A stretch of DNA of 64,000 nucleotides. Source: an uncultured Methanoregulaceae archaeon. Lineage in GTDB: Archaea; Halobacteriota; Methanomicrobia; Methanomicrobiales; Methanospirillaceae. Positions 10,336 through 20,252 of the stretch are shown here, piece by piece. The notes under the pieces are model-generated. The model was not told the DNA's origin. It saw only the letters and a list, made by a program, of their open reading frames with translations, and did not search any database. Made by a program: the position numbers and the translations under genes. Each line of letters begins with the position of its first letter. Position 1 is the stretch's first letter. The stretch covers positions 2,496,001-2,560,000 of the forward strand of contig OY970061.1 in assembly GCA_963705255.1 (NCBI GenBank), read 5' to 3'.

Positions 10336-10536
10336 TCAGGTCGGCGGGGGGTTTTTGGGAGTGCTGACGACGATCATGATGGCACTCATCACGATCAGGA
10401 CGGCAGTTGTGAAAAGGAGAAAGGGAGCCATACGGATGGTAATCCCCAAGAGCAATGCCGCCATGATGGTGCCAGCAGCAGTAATACTGCTCCCGATAAG
10501 TACCAATCCGACCGATGTTAAGTCCCAGTCACTCAT
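10336..10536 (-). CDS. Small two-TM membrane protein
   Basis: 66 aa, two hydrophobic helices, sits in the operon between marC and the hydrolase. Confidence 0.6.
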   Translation of the reverse strand: MSDWDLTSVGLVLIGSSITAAGTIMAALLLGITIRMAPFLLFTTAVLIVMSAIMIVVSTPKNPPPT

Positions 10537-10538
10537 GT

Positions 10539-11189
10539 TTAGCCTCCGCTGATCAGGGGAAATGCCATTTTGATGCCGTTAATGACAAACTGCACGGCAA
10601 TGGCGATGAGCAACATACCCATCAGGCGGTTGATTGCCCGGTATTCCCTCTGGCCAATTCTTTTCATGATATAATCTGAATTCCTCATCATATAATAGGT
10701 GATCGCGATCGAGATCCCGATGGATAAGAACACAACGCCAATGGCAACTGGCGTGAAGACGATTGCCTCGTTCATCAGCACAATTGTCGTGGTTATCGCC
10801 CCCGGCCCCGCTATCATCGGGATAGCGAGAGGCATGATCGCGACATCATCGTTGTCTCTCGATTCATACCTCTCTGTTGCCGTAAGTTTGGTACGGGATG
10901 TTTTTGCATACACCATCTCCATCCCGATGCCAAAAAGCAGGATCCCCCCGGCAATCCGGAATGCCTCAAGGGTTATCCCGAAAAGCTGGAGAATCCAGGT
11001 GCCAAGGACTGCGACGAAAAGCAAGATCAGGAGTGCAAACCGGCATGATTCCTTTGCGATGACCTCCCGTGCGGGCTTGTCGAGATTTGATGTCAGAGAA
11101 ACATAGATGAGGGTCGAGCTGAGTGGATTAACGATAATAAGCATCGAAGAGAGCGACAACAGTATAAAACTGACAAAGTCCTCTGCCAT
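10539..11189 (-). CDS. MarC family membrane protein
   Basis: AFRIAGGILLF and PLAIPMIAGPG motifs. Confidence 0.9.
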   Translation of the reverse strand: MAEDFVSFILLSLSSMLIIVNPLSSTLIYVSLTSNLDKPAREVIAKESCRFALLILLFVAVLGTWILQLFGITLEAFRIAGGILLFGIGMEMVYAKTSRTKLTATERYESRDNDDVAIMPLAIPMIAGPGAITTTIVLMNEAIVFTPVAIGVVFLSIGISIAITYYMMRNSDYIMKRIGQREYRAINRLMGMLLIAIAVQFVINGIKMAFPLISGG

Positions 11190-11245
11190 TAAGGATAGTG
11201 CAGCGTTAAAGGATAATAGAGATTATGGTGGAAAAAGAATCCGGG

Positions 11246-11698
11246 TTAGTATTCATACAACACGGACTCATCAATCCGGGTGTAGGTGAATACTTCGTTG
11301 GTTTTGAAATGGATGCCGATCTCCCGGGCTGCGCTTTCAGGGGAATCGGACGCATGAATCACGTTCCTACCGATATCAATGCCGAAGTCGCCACGGATCG
11401 TGCCGGGTGCTGCTTCCTGGGGGTTCGTGGAACCGATCACCTTGCGGACGATCGCAACCACGTTCCTGCCTTCCCAGACCATGAGGAAGCAGGGACCTCC
11501 CATGATATACTGCTTCAGCGACGGGAAGAACGGTTTTGAAAGGTGCTCCCTGTACTGTTCGGTCACCCGCGGCTCCGGTAATCTTTCGAACCGTGCTGCG
11601 ATGAGCTTGAGCCCTTTTGCCTCGAGCCGGGAAACAATCTCGCCCACAAGACCGCGCTGGACCCCGTCTGGCTTGACCATTACAAAGGTGCGGTCCAT
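11246..11698 (-). CDS. ndk: Nucleoside diphosphate kinase
   Basis: [30 protein letters not shown]. Confidence 0.96.
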   Translation of the reverse strand: MDRTFVMVKPDGVQRGLVGEIVSRLEAKGLKLIAARFERLPEPRVTEQYREHLSKPFFPSLKQYIMGGPCFLMVWEGRNVVAIVRKVIGSTNPQEAAPGTIRGDFGIDIGRNVIHASDSPESAAREIGIHFKTNEVFTYTRIDESVLYEY

Positions 11699-11705
11699 GG
11701 CAGGA

Positions 11706-11897
11706 TCACTCCTTGTTTGCCGCTTTCCTGCCGGCGTTCGTCCACTGGACACGGCGCGGTACACGGCCGAGCTTGTGATTGTTCTGGCACTTTGTGCTGC
11801 AGAAGTAGAAGATGGTACCGTCTTTCTTCACGAACATCTTGCCGGTGCCGGGCTCGAGCTGGCTTCCACAGAAACTGCAGACATGTTGTTCTACCAT
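11706..11897 (-). CDS. rpl24e: 50S ribosomal protein L24e
   Basis: CSFCG..EPGTG..FCSTKC. Confidence 0.95.
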   Translation of the reverse strand: MVEQHVCSFCGSQLEPGTGKMFVKKDGTIFYFCSTKCQNNHKLGRVPRRVQWTNAGRKAANKE

Positions 11898-11900
11898 CCT

Positions 11901-12110
11901 TTACCGCCTCGAAAGTTTCTTTGCCTCACGCTCGGTTTCAAGAAGCATGACGATATCTCCTTCACGGATCGGGCCTACCGTGTTGCGGGTAATGATCCGT
12001 CCTTTGTTGCTGCCGTCAAGGATGCGGCATTTTACCTGCATTGCCTCTCCATGCATACCGGTTGAGCCAACAACCTCGATTACTTCCGCTGGCGTTGCAT
12101 CATCTGCCAT
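11901..12110 (-). CDS. rps28e: 30S ribosomal protein S28e
   Basis: [15 protein letters not shown]. Confidence 0.95.
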   Translation of the reverse strand: MADDATPAEVIEVVGSTGMHGEAMQVKCRILDGSNKGRIITRNTVGPIREGDIVMLLETEREAKKLSRR

Positions 12111-12119
12111 GATGAAACC

Positions 12120-12488
12120 TCACGCCTTCAGCGCGACAAGCTGCTTGGCAAGATCATCGATCGATTCTTTTGCTTTGCCGGGCTTGACAATTGCAGCTGC
12201 GGCTGAGCCGACGTCAAGGCCGCTTGCGGCGCCGATGTCGTTCTGCTTGTTGATGAAGATATACGGGACCTTCTTCTCTTCGCAGAGCGGTCCAAGGTGC
12301 ATCACAATCTCTTCGGGTTCTACATCGGCACCGATCAGCACAAGCGCTGCAATACTGCGCTCAATGGCTTTTGTTGCTTCGTTGGAACCTTTCTTGATCT
12401 TGCCGGTATCTCTTGCAACTTCAAGGGCTTCGAGTGCCTTGTTCTGGAGCTCCTCTGGAGCCTGGATTTTTACGTAACCTTTTGCCAT
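12120..12488 (-). CDS. rpl7ae: 50S ribosomal protein L7Ae
   Basis: [24 protein letters not shown]. Confidence 0.96.
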   Translation of the reverse strand: MAKGYVKIQAPEELQNKALEALEVARDTGKIKKGSNEATKAIERSIAALVLIGADVEPEEIVMHLGPLCEEKKVPYIFINKQNDIGAASGLDVGSAAAAIVKPGKAKESIDDLAKQLVALKA

Positions 12489-12495
12489 AACTCAC

Positions 12496-12546
12496 CTCAT
12501 TCAGGAGTAGAATGCTCCTTCATTACTCATCAGTCAGCAATGATGT
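12496..12546 (-). promoter_or_regulatory. Putative K-turn/K-loop autoregulatory leader of rpl7ae
   Basis: Minus strand reads CATTGC-TGA-CTGA-TGA-GTAATG and ATGAA-GGAG...CTCC-TGA, which are C/D-box-like GA motifs on stems just before the RBS. Confidence 0.6.
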
Positions 12547-12645
12547 AGCCATATCAATTCGACAGGAACGGAAATAAATGTTTGTGAATGGGGGCGGTGA
12601 TCGTCAAGGGCCGTCAGGCCCTGCCCGGGAAATTCGAAGGGAAGT

Positions 12646-14682
12646 TCAGCCTGCAAGCCGGTAGATATCCGTGTTGTCTGCCGAATAAATATTCACAAGA
12701 CCAGTTTGGGGAAGACTGACATTGTATTGTTCGCGCTCCGGATCACCGACATAGAGCAGGGTGGCATTGTATTTTTTCATGAGCTGGACAGTCTCGTTAG
12801 ACTGTTCGTAGATTGCCTTCACGTCGTCTTCCCTGATACTCAGCCAGCTAGTATCAACACCTCTCCACATGAATTCATGGAACGGCTGCCCGATGATGGT
12901 GGGAATTCCCGTAAATGACGAGATCCGCGAGTAGTATGAATAATCTCCCTCTTCAGCTTCAACGATGCGTTCGTCCCCGGGCAGTGCCCTTAGGTACGCG
13001 ACTCCTCCTGCATCCCCGGGATGAGTGACTGAGAGATATGCAAGTCCGTCAAGGGTCCCGGTCCCATATCCTGCGTTATACTGGATCACAAATGGCAGTG
13101 CAAACAGGATCAAGATAACTGTGAAGGTCATAACGGCGGTTTTGCGGGAAGAAAAAACAGGAATCTTTTTCCAGTCCGCTGCTTTTTGCGCTACCAACTG
13201 GAAACTGGAGAGGCCCAGCATCAGCCACGCGGGAAGGTAACACTTGAAGACAGTATTCATCCGGAAATACGTGTCCCCCATATTGTCCTTAAGGTAGACC
13301 AGCTCGCAGAGGATGATAATTACAAGGCCTGCCATTGCGAGTATACCGGAGAAATCCTGCTCTTTACGGGCAAGTAAATAGACAAGGGGAATCACTGCAA
13401 CTGCTGCGGCAAGGTAACCCGTGATGACAAACGGGACAACCACGAGAAGGAAGATCGGGCGGTTGATGATATCACGGTGAAGGACTGCTACAAAGATGGC
13501 AATGAACAGGCCGTTGACCAGCAGAAATTCGGGGACACTGGATGATAATGAGGCAGGCACAATCCCGATCCCCCCGGTATTGGTCTGCAGCTCAAGGTAG
13601 AACGGTAGATAGCACAGGATGGCAAGGGGAGGGACCACGCAAAGATAGAGCCATGACGTGATGCTGCGAAGGGAGGACCTGTTCCTCCAGAGAATCAACA
13701 GACCGAAGAGCAGGGTTATGGGCGAGTAAATTAACACGTCCCATGTATTGATCAGCGGCATTGATCCGAGACTCAATGCAGACAAGATGCAGATGAGCCA
13801 TTTTCCCCGCGAATCGAGAGATTCCCACCGTTTGTATGCGAAAAGGAGCAGGAATATCAGGGAGACCTGGTTGAAGATGGAGACAACATGGGCGTGGACA
13901 TCCCCCCAGATGAATGAGAAGAACGGGTATTCGTTGATCGTATTTGCAATTGTCCGGGTACTGTCCCATAGGATGGAAGTCAGGGGCTCACCGAGTGCCA
14001 GGTTGTAAAAGAAAGAAGGATTCGGCAGGAAGAATATAAGCAGCGTAACCCACCGAAACCGCTCGAGCAGCAGGGTTCCTATCGCGTATGTGACTACTCC
14101 GGCAAGAGCAAAGACTGTCGGTAAAGCCAGGTTGAACGCAACATTCGACGGGACACCACTGGTAATCGCCAGGCACCCGAACATCCAGTACCCGAGATAA
14201 TAATATACATTAAGGGTACCTCCTGAAAACCAGGGATCGAGCGGAGGTACAACCGGGTTTCGTATCACGGATGCAAGAAACCCGTGGTCCATGAATTTCT
14301 CAGCGTACGAGATGGTTGGGTTTACAAACCTCACATCCAGCATGAGGAAGAAGAGGATAAGGAAGAGTGCCACCCAGTGCCATTCACCTTTCAGTTCCTT
14401 GATCCGGTAGTTGCGATGGAGGAGATGCCAGACAATGAGAGCAAGGAATGGCACAATTGCTACCTGAACGGGAATTCTGGCAAGGCCGCAGTACCATGAT
14501 ACAATGGTGAATGCGAGCACCGATACCGGAAACGCGATGGGAAATGAAAACGCGCCAAACGTCTTTTTCAATGAAGGGTACACGGAAAGCTGTAACAGGA
14601 AGAGGACAACCAGCCAGCTGGCAACGGAAAATATCTGCTGTTCAGGAGTCAGGTTCTTTCCCCCCTCCGAATTTTTCAGCAA
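12646..14682 (-). CDS. DUF2298 (Chlor_Arch_YYY) multi-pass membrane protein, probable GT-C-like; start uncertain
   Basis: EKFMD, PPLDPWFSGG, VYYYLGY, TINEYP and RMNTVFK motifs. Confidence 0.85.
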   Translation of the reverse strand: MLKNSEGGKNLTPEQQIFSVASWLVVLFLLQLSVYPSLKKTFGAFSFPIAFPVSVLAFTIVSWYCGLARIPVQVAIVPFLALIVWHLLHRNYRIKELKGEWHWVALFLILFFLMLDVRFVNPTISYAEKFMDHGFLASVIRNPVVPPLDPWFSGGTLNVYYYLGYWMFGCLAITSGVPSNVAFNLALPTVFALAGVVTYAIGTLLLERFRWVTLLIFFLPNPSFFYNLALGEPLTSILWDSTRTIANTINEYPFFSFIWGDVHAHVVSIFNQVSLIFLLLFAYKRWESLDSRGKWLICILSALSLGSMPLINTWDVLIYSPITLLFGLLILWRNRSSLRSITSWLYLCVVPPLAILCYLPFYLELQTNTGGIGIVPASLSSSVPEFLLVNGLFIAIFVAVLHRDIINRPIFLLVVVPFVITGYLAAAVAVIPLVYLLARKEQDFSGILAMAGLVIIILCELVYLKDNMGDTYFRMNTVFKCYLPAWLMLGLSSFQLVAQKAADWKKIPVFSSRKTAVMTFTVILILFALPFVIQYNAGYGTGTLDGLAYLSVTHPGDAGGVAYLRALPGDERIVEAEEGDYSYYSRISSFTGIPTIIGQPFHEFMWRGVDTSWLSIREDDVKAIYEQSNETVQLMKKYNATLLYVGDPEREQYNVSLPQTGLVNIYSADNTDIYRLAG

Positions 14683-15613
14683 GCGCCTCTTTTATGCTGG
14701 GAACCACCCAGTCCCCGAAATAGTAAATCGATATGACTCCTCCGACAAGGGTAACAAGGTTTTTGACAAGGTGATCAATCACTGCGATCAGGGTGGCAAT
14801 TGCCGGGGCAACACCGGCGAGCTCGAAGGTTATTGCTAGGAAGAGCTCATAGGTGCCGATGCCCCCCGGTGTAAATGGGACTGCCTTGAAGAGATTTCCG
14901 ATGACGACGGCAAGAACGATGACTGCAAACGGGATCTTCTGTTCAAACATCATCACGACAGCAACACATGCCAGGATGTCCAGCAGCCAGACCCCCGCAG
15001 ATGATATTCCCAACAGCGCGAGGGATCGCGGGCTGAGTGACGCACGCTTTATTTCGTGAAGCATGTTGAGAATAATGACGAGATATTTATTGCGGGATGA
15101 GAACTTTCCGATAACCAGGAGAACTCCCAAAAATATCACTCCCGCCGCCAGAGGTACGATAATAAGTGTTGTAAACCAGGACGGTGCGTTGAGGACAAAA
15201 AACAGTGAGATCGCACCAAGAAATGCTACGGTAACGACATCAAAGACCCGTTCAACGACAAGGGATGATACACCCTCCGAGTACGTAGTGTTGTATTCGT
15301 GCTTAAGGATGAAGACCCGTACGAAATCCCCCAGCCTGGCCGGGACAACGAGATTGACGGTCTGGCTGACGAAAATGCAGGCAGTTGAGACCTTCACACT
15401 CACTGAGTAATTGAGGCTTTTGAGGATCGTATGATAGCGCCAGCCGCGGAGCCACCAGGCACAGAGACAGATCCCAACTCCAACAACGAGGTATTCCGGG
15501 ATGATATTCTGGAGTGCGACGAGGAGCTGGTCCCTGACGCTATACAGCATATACCCTATTATACCGACGGCTATCAGTGTTGGGACAACAATTGCGCTAA
15601 TCTTTCGATACAT
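14642..15613 (-). CDS. Flippase-like / lysylphosphatidylglycerol synthase TM domain protein (UPF0104)
   Basis: PARLGD, VVERVFD and TPGGIGTYE motifs. Confidence 0.85.
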   Translation of the reverse strand: MYRKISAIVVPTLIAVGIIGYMLYSVRDQLLVALQNIIPEYLVVGVGICLCAWWLRGWRYHTILKSLNYSVSVKVSTACIFVSQTVNLVVPARLGDFVRVFILKHEYNTTYSEGVSSLVVERVFDVVTVAFLGAISLFFVLNAPSWFTTLIIVPLAAGVIFLGVLLVIGKFSSRNKYLVIILNMLHEIKRASLSPRSLALLGISSAGVWLLDILACVAVVMMFEQKIPFAVIVLAVVIGNLFKAVPFTPGGIGTYELFLAITFELAGVAPAIATLIAVIDHLVKNLVTLVGGVISIYYFGDWVVPSIKEALAEKFGGGKEPDS

Positions 15614-16313
15614 GGATCTGCCACCAGAGTCTCATGACTGCCGAACCCATTTCAAATACATCTCTTGGTCTGACCGTCGTTCCTTTTCCCGCACGCCATT
15701 GCACAGGAAATTCCCGGACACTGTAGCCTTTTTTCTGGGCCCGGACAAGAATCTCCGTATCCCAGAACCAATGGTTATCGCGTATAGCGGGGAGAATGGG
15801 GAGAATACGTTCACGGTTAAACGCCTTAAAGCCGCACTGGTGATCAAAAACCCTGCTCCCAAGCAGGCTACGTACTAGGAAATTATAGGACCTGCTGGCA
15901 ACTTCCCTTCCCCCGCTTCGGACAATATCGCTATCCGGCATGAGCCGAGACCCTGTGGAAATATCATATCCATGGCGGATAGCGTCGATCAGTTCCGGCA
16001 GGTGATGCATGTCAGTTGCGAGATCAACGTCATAATAACATATGATACTCCCCCGCGCATCGCGGATAGCCCTGTTCAATGCCCGTCCCCTTCCTTGTCT
16101 TTCATCACTATGAAGGAGATGTATCCTGGGATCCTGCCTTTTGTATTCAGTAACAAGTTCTGCACTGCCATCGGAGCTTCCATCTTCAGCAATAAGTATC
16201 TCGAACGACAGGGTGATTTCCGAAAGGGATTTTATTGAAGCCGGGATGGCAATTTCCAACGATTTCCGGTCATTAAAAACCGGAATAATCGCTGTTACCT
16301 CAGTTCCTGTCAT
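15597..16313 (-). CDS. GT2 glycosyltransferase (dolichyl-phosphate hexosyltransferase-like)
   Basis: IIPVFN, EDGSSDGS, DVD, DHQCGFKAF. Confidence 0.9.
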   Translation of the reverse strand: MTGTEVTAIIPVFNDRKSLEIAIPASIKSLSEITLSFEILIAEDGSSDGSAELVTEYKRQDPRIHLLHSDERQGRGRALNRAIRDARGSIICYYDVDLATDMHHLPELIDAIRHGYDISTGSRLMPDSDIVRSGGREVASRSYNFLVRSLLGSRVFDHQCGFKAFNRERILPILPAIRDNHWFWDTEILVRAQKKGYSVREFPVQWRAGKGTTVRPRDVFEMGSAVMRLWWQIHVSKD

Positions 16314-17538
16314 GGACGCTCCGCTGCCTGATCGTTTCAGCAACTTCCAACCCGGCCCTTACGGATCCCTCCATACTTCGCTCGGGATAATTCGTTGCTG
16401 AAAACATCCCCGCTGAATACATGCCCGCATTTTCGTAACCCTGGATGAGTGACCGGTACCCCGTGGTATAGACCGGACCAGCCCAAGGATCTACGGCCAT
16501 CCTGTGCCAGTGGATCTCGTGTCCGGCTACAGAAAAACGCCGGCAAAAGTCCAGAAGCATTCTCTCATCCAGCTGAGGGGGTACGAGTCCAGAGAAGTAT
16601 GATGCAAGATAGATAAGATGCTCACCGTATCGTTCCCTGGGAATGAAATTGGTATGAGTGACGACTGCACCATAGGGTGCAGGATCTTTCATATTCAGCC
16701 AGTAGATGCCATCGGTAACCTCTCTGTCCATGGCAAGAGTCATGCAGGCGGCACCTTGGTAGGGGATGTGAGGAGTTGCAGGTCCCCCGAGCCGCTCCAG
16801 TTCCTGCGGAGGAATTGTGGAAACCGCTGCATCATACCGGGTTCCGTTCATATGCCACGAATTTCCTGTATGGGTCAGATTACTGACAGGCTCCTGCTTG
16901 TGAATTCTTCCACCTTTGTCAGCAATCGCGGATTCCAGTGCTCCGATCACTTGGTGAAATCCCCCTTTGAGATATCCGAGCCGCTCCCCTGAAACACTTC
17001 GATTAGAACGGATAGCAATGCGGCTGAAAAGCCATGCAGCGGAGACTTCTTTCCTCTGTTCACCGAATTTACTTTTCAGGAGGGGTTCAAAAAAAGAGGA
17101 ATAAATATTCGTACCTAGGTTTTCAATGATGTACTGGTCTGCAGGGATATCGTCGAGAGTGCGGAGATCCTTTTTCTTTGCTCTGATAGTAAGCCAGGCA
17201 AGTTTTGCCTTATCGATGATAGTGAGTTCCGGATACTTGAGGATCTCCAGGGGTGTGTTCAGGGGAAAAATTCTGGATTGTGCGAAATATCCCGTCGTAC
17301 CCGTCCACCATTCCAGTTTATCGAAAAGGCCTATTTTTTCAAGGAGTGAAAAGAGTGCCGAATCTCCTGAAAAACAATGGTGATAGTATCGCTCGATCCA
17401 ATAATCCTTCATATTGTATGATGAGAGACAACCCCCGAGATGAGGCATTTTTTCAAAGAGATCAATCTCATGCTCTCCCGCAAGTGCATGCGCTGCGACA
17501 AGACCGGTCAATCCCCCTCCGATAATTCCTATCTTCAT
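16300..17538 (-). CDS. FAD-dependent oxidoreductase (amine/protoporphyrinogen oxidase-like)
   Basis: GIIGGGLTGL Rossmann motif, ERYYHH, YPERSMEG. Confidence 0.85.
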   Translation of the reverse strand: MKIGIIGGGLTGLVAAHALAGEHEIDLFEKMPHLGGCLSSYNMKDYWIERYYHHCFSGDSALFSLLEKIGLFDKLEWWTGTTGYFAQSRIFPLNTPLEILKYPELTIIDKAKLAWLTIRAKKKDLRTLDDIPADQYIIENLGTNIYSSFFEPLLKSKFGEQRKEVSAAWLFSRIAIRSNRSVSGERLGYLKGGFHQVIGALESAIADKGGRIHKQEPVSNLTHTGNSWHMNGTRYDAAVSTIPPQELERLGGPATPHIPYQGAACMTLAMDREVTDGIYWLNMKDPAPYGAVVTHTNFIPRERYGEHLIYLASYFSGLVPPQLDERMLLDFCRRFSVAGHEIHWHRMAVDPWAGPVYTTGYRSLIQGYENAGMYSAGMFSATNYPERSMEGSVRAGLEVAETIRQRSVHDRN

Positions 17539-17728
17539 AGTGATGATCTATAGTACTTTTCAGAGCGAAATGAAAAAGGCTCCGGAAAAAAAGCCGGAAT
17601 TATGTATGCCACCTCGGAGATATTATAAGAAAGTTTTTGTATTGCCGAGATAAAGGTTCATATCAGCAAAAGGACTTAAAAGAATTAAAATAAATAATTA
17701 TCTGTTACCCATTGGATGGTGTCACCGG

Positions 17729-18907
17729 ATGCGGGTATTTTTCATAGGTTTTGGTCAAGCGGGCGGCAAAATTGTCGATATGTTTATCGAGCAGGATAAA
17801 AAGCTCGGTACAAACAACTTCCGGGGAATTGCAGTCAACACTGCGCGAACGGATCTGATGGGTTTAAAGAATATCGAAATGAAGGACCGCATCCTCATCG
17901 GACAGACAATGGTAAAAGGTCACGGTGTGGGCACTGACAACGTGACCGGCGCCCGCGTCACAGCTGATGAAATCGACAGCATCATCAGTGCGATTGATAT
18001 GCGGGGAACACATGATGTGGATGCATTCGTCATTGTTGCCGGCCTTGGTGGAGGGACCGGGTCCGGGGGGTCACCGGTACTTGCCCGGCATCTTAAACGC
18101 ATCTACCGGGAACCTGTCTATGCCCTCGGTATTATTCCAGCGCCTGAAGAAGGGAGACTGTACTCATATAACGCCGCACGAAGCCTGACAACTCTGGTGA
18201 ATGAAGCTGATAACACCTTTATTTTTGATAACAGTGCTTGGAAAAACGAGGGTGAAAGTGTCAAGTCCGCGTTCCAGCGCCTGAATAATGAAGTTGTAAG
18301 GCGGTTTGGGGTACTCTTCCGTGCCGGCGAGGTGAGCCGGATGGGCGTTGGGGAGATGGTTGTTGACTCCAGTGAAATTATCAACACTCTCCGTGGCGGG
18401 GGGATTACATCCGTTGGATATGCCGTAAGTGAAGTCATGAGCAAACGCACAAAACAACAACGGGGAATTCTAGGTGGACTGAAGGATAAATTTGGTGGCA
18501 AGCGGGAAGCAAATGAGGAAGTACTGATGGGTGAAGACCGGTCTGCGAAGATAGTTGCCCTTGTACGCAGGGCAATGCTTGGCAGATTAACATTACCCTG
18601 CGATTACTCCACGGCAGAACGTGCGCTTGTCCTCCTTGCCGGGCCTCCGGATGAGATGGATCGGAAAGGTGTAGAGAAGGCGAAGAGCTGGGTAGAAGAG
18701 AATATTGCCGGTGTAGAAGTCCGTGGAGGAGATTATCCGGTGAACAGTGAATACGTCGCGGCTGTCGTAATGCTGGCAACTGTTGGCAACGCACCCAGAA
18801 TCAAGGAACTTCTCGATATCGCTAAAGAAACAAAGGAAGATGTTATTAAGTCAAAAGAGAAAAAATCGAGTATGTTTGAAGAAGGTATTGATCCTTTGTT
18901 CGAGTGA
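17729..18907 (+). CDS. cetZ: Tubulin/FtsZ family protein, CetZ type
   Basis: IGFGQAGGKI, GGGTGSGG tubulin signature, VVDSSEIINTL. Confidence 0.88.
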   Translation: MRVFFIGFGQAGGKIVDMFIEQDKKLGTNNFRGIAVNTARTDLMGLKNIEMKDRILIGQTMVKGHGVGTDNVTGARVTADEIDSIISAIDMRGTHDVDAFVIVAGLGGGTGSGGSPVLARHLKRIYREPVYALGIIPAPEEGRLYSYNAARSLTTLVNEADNTFIFDNSAWKNEGESVKSAFQRLNNEVVRRFGVLFRAGEVSRMGVGEMVVDSSEIINTLRGGGITSVGYAVSEVMSKRTKQQRGILGGLKDKFGGKREANEEVLMGEDRSAKIVALVRRAMLGRLTLPCDYSTAERALVLLAGPPDEMDRKGVEKAKSWVEENIAGVEVRGGDYPVNSEYVAAVVMLATVGNAPRIKELLDIAKETKEDVIKSKEKKSSMFEEGIDPLFE

Positions 18908-18912
18908 GGTTG

Positions 18913-20052
18913 ATGATGAAGGGATTAGTGAAATGGATTATACTTGCGATAATTCTCATTGTGTGCATTCCGATAGTATCTGCATTCACTGTTACAGGTG
19001 TCACCATAAATCCTTCGGGATCTTTGACACCAGGGACCCCGGTAACGGTCTCGTTACAGGTTGAATTTTCAGCGTCTTCAGGGGAAACGTTCCCTTCCGG
19101 CGATGATCTTCAATTCATTACTGATTTGACCAGCCCACAATGGACATATACGATTGTTCTCGATGGTGTTGATAATCCAAGGCCTCAGAGCACATCCCGT
19201 TCACTCGATTTAAGTGGTTTTGAACTTTCCTATCCATCAACGGTTGATGAATCTCTTCAGATCACTCTCCAAGGAACGGCCCCTTCCGTTGATCAAACTA
19301 CCAATAAAACAATAATCACGGTTCAGGAAAATGACCAGAACGGAAATCTTATCGCAAGCTCCGTATTCACCCAAACCACGATGGTAATAAATGTTAATGA
19401 TGTAGCGACAGCAATATCCGGGATAAAGAATAACCTCACAACATTCAGATCAAATATTGACGAAAAGGCTGCAATGGGGATTGATACCAGTGCCGCTGAA
19501 TCAAAATATAGTGAAGCATCCAGTGATATTAATGCAGCTGCAGCTCTCCCCTCCACGCAATATTCTGCTGCTTTGAATGATTTAACCGCTGCACAGACGG
19601 CAATCGATGCCGGGGGAAATGCACTCGACCTCGCGTGGGCAAACGAAGAAGTTGCAGCTGCTCAGACGCCGATAACAAATGCAGATGCGGTAATCGCATG
19701 GTTTAAAGGTAACCAGACCACCGCAGATGACCCCCAGCTCGGTGCCATTATTGCGATGCGAGAAGTTGCCGTTGGTTATATCTCGAGTGCCAACGATTTT
19801 ATCGCCAACGGACAATATGATCAGGCCCGGGCAAAAGCAGAAGCAGCATTTACGGAAGGCAACGAGTCTTACACGAATGCCCTCCAAAGGCAATATACAC
19901 TTATGCACAGTGGAGTTGATATCGGCGCAATGATCACTGGGATCTTTAAATCTGGGGTATTGGTGATTGTTGTCGGTATTATTGTAGTAGTCCTGATCGG
20001 AGTTGGAATTGTCGTCTACCGCAAACGTTCACGATGGGATGAACTGGGTTAA
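18913..20052 (+). CDS. Secreted protein: beta-rich N-terminal domain, helical stalk, C-terminal TM anchor
   Basis: Signal peptide; TM helix followed by YRKRSRWDELG. Confidence 0.75.
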   Translation: MMKGLVKWIILAIILIVCIPIVSAFTVTGVTINPSGSLTPGTPVTVSLQVEFSASSGETFPSGDDLQFITDLTSPQWTYTIVLDGVDNPRPQSTSRSLDLSGFELSYPSTVDESLQITLQGTAPSVDQTTNKTIITVQENDQNGNLIASSVFTQTTMVINVNDVATAISGIKNNLTTFRSNIDEKAAMGIDTSAAESKYSEASSDINAAAALPSTQYSAALNDLTAAQTAIDAGGNALDLAWANEEVAAAQTPITNADAVIAWFKGNQTTADDPQLGAIIAMREVAVGYISSANDFIANGQYDQARAKAEAAFTEGNESYTNALQRQYTLMHSGVDIGAMITGIFKSGVLVIVVGIIVVVLIGVGIVVYRKRSRWDELG

Positions 20053-20252
20053 TCCTTTTTTAAAGCTCTTTTTTATAACCAGAGAATTCAAGTCCGTAAT
20101 CAATACGTAAAAAGATGGAAGAGACCGGATCTTTTCCCTTTGCAAGCAGAATCGCACATGCATTCTCTATGATTTGGCAGTTGTTGATATCATAAAAACT
20201 TGAGATATTTTTCACCATATCGTATTCTCGATCACAACGAGACAGTTTTATG

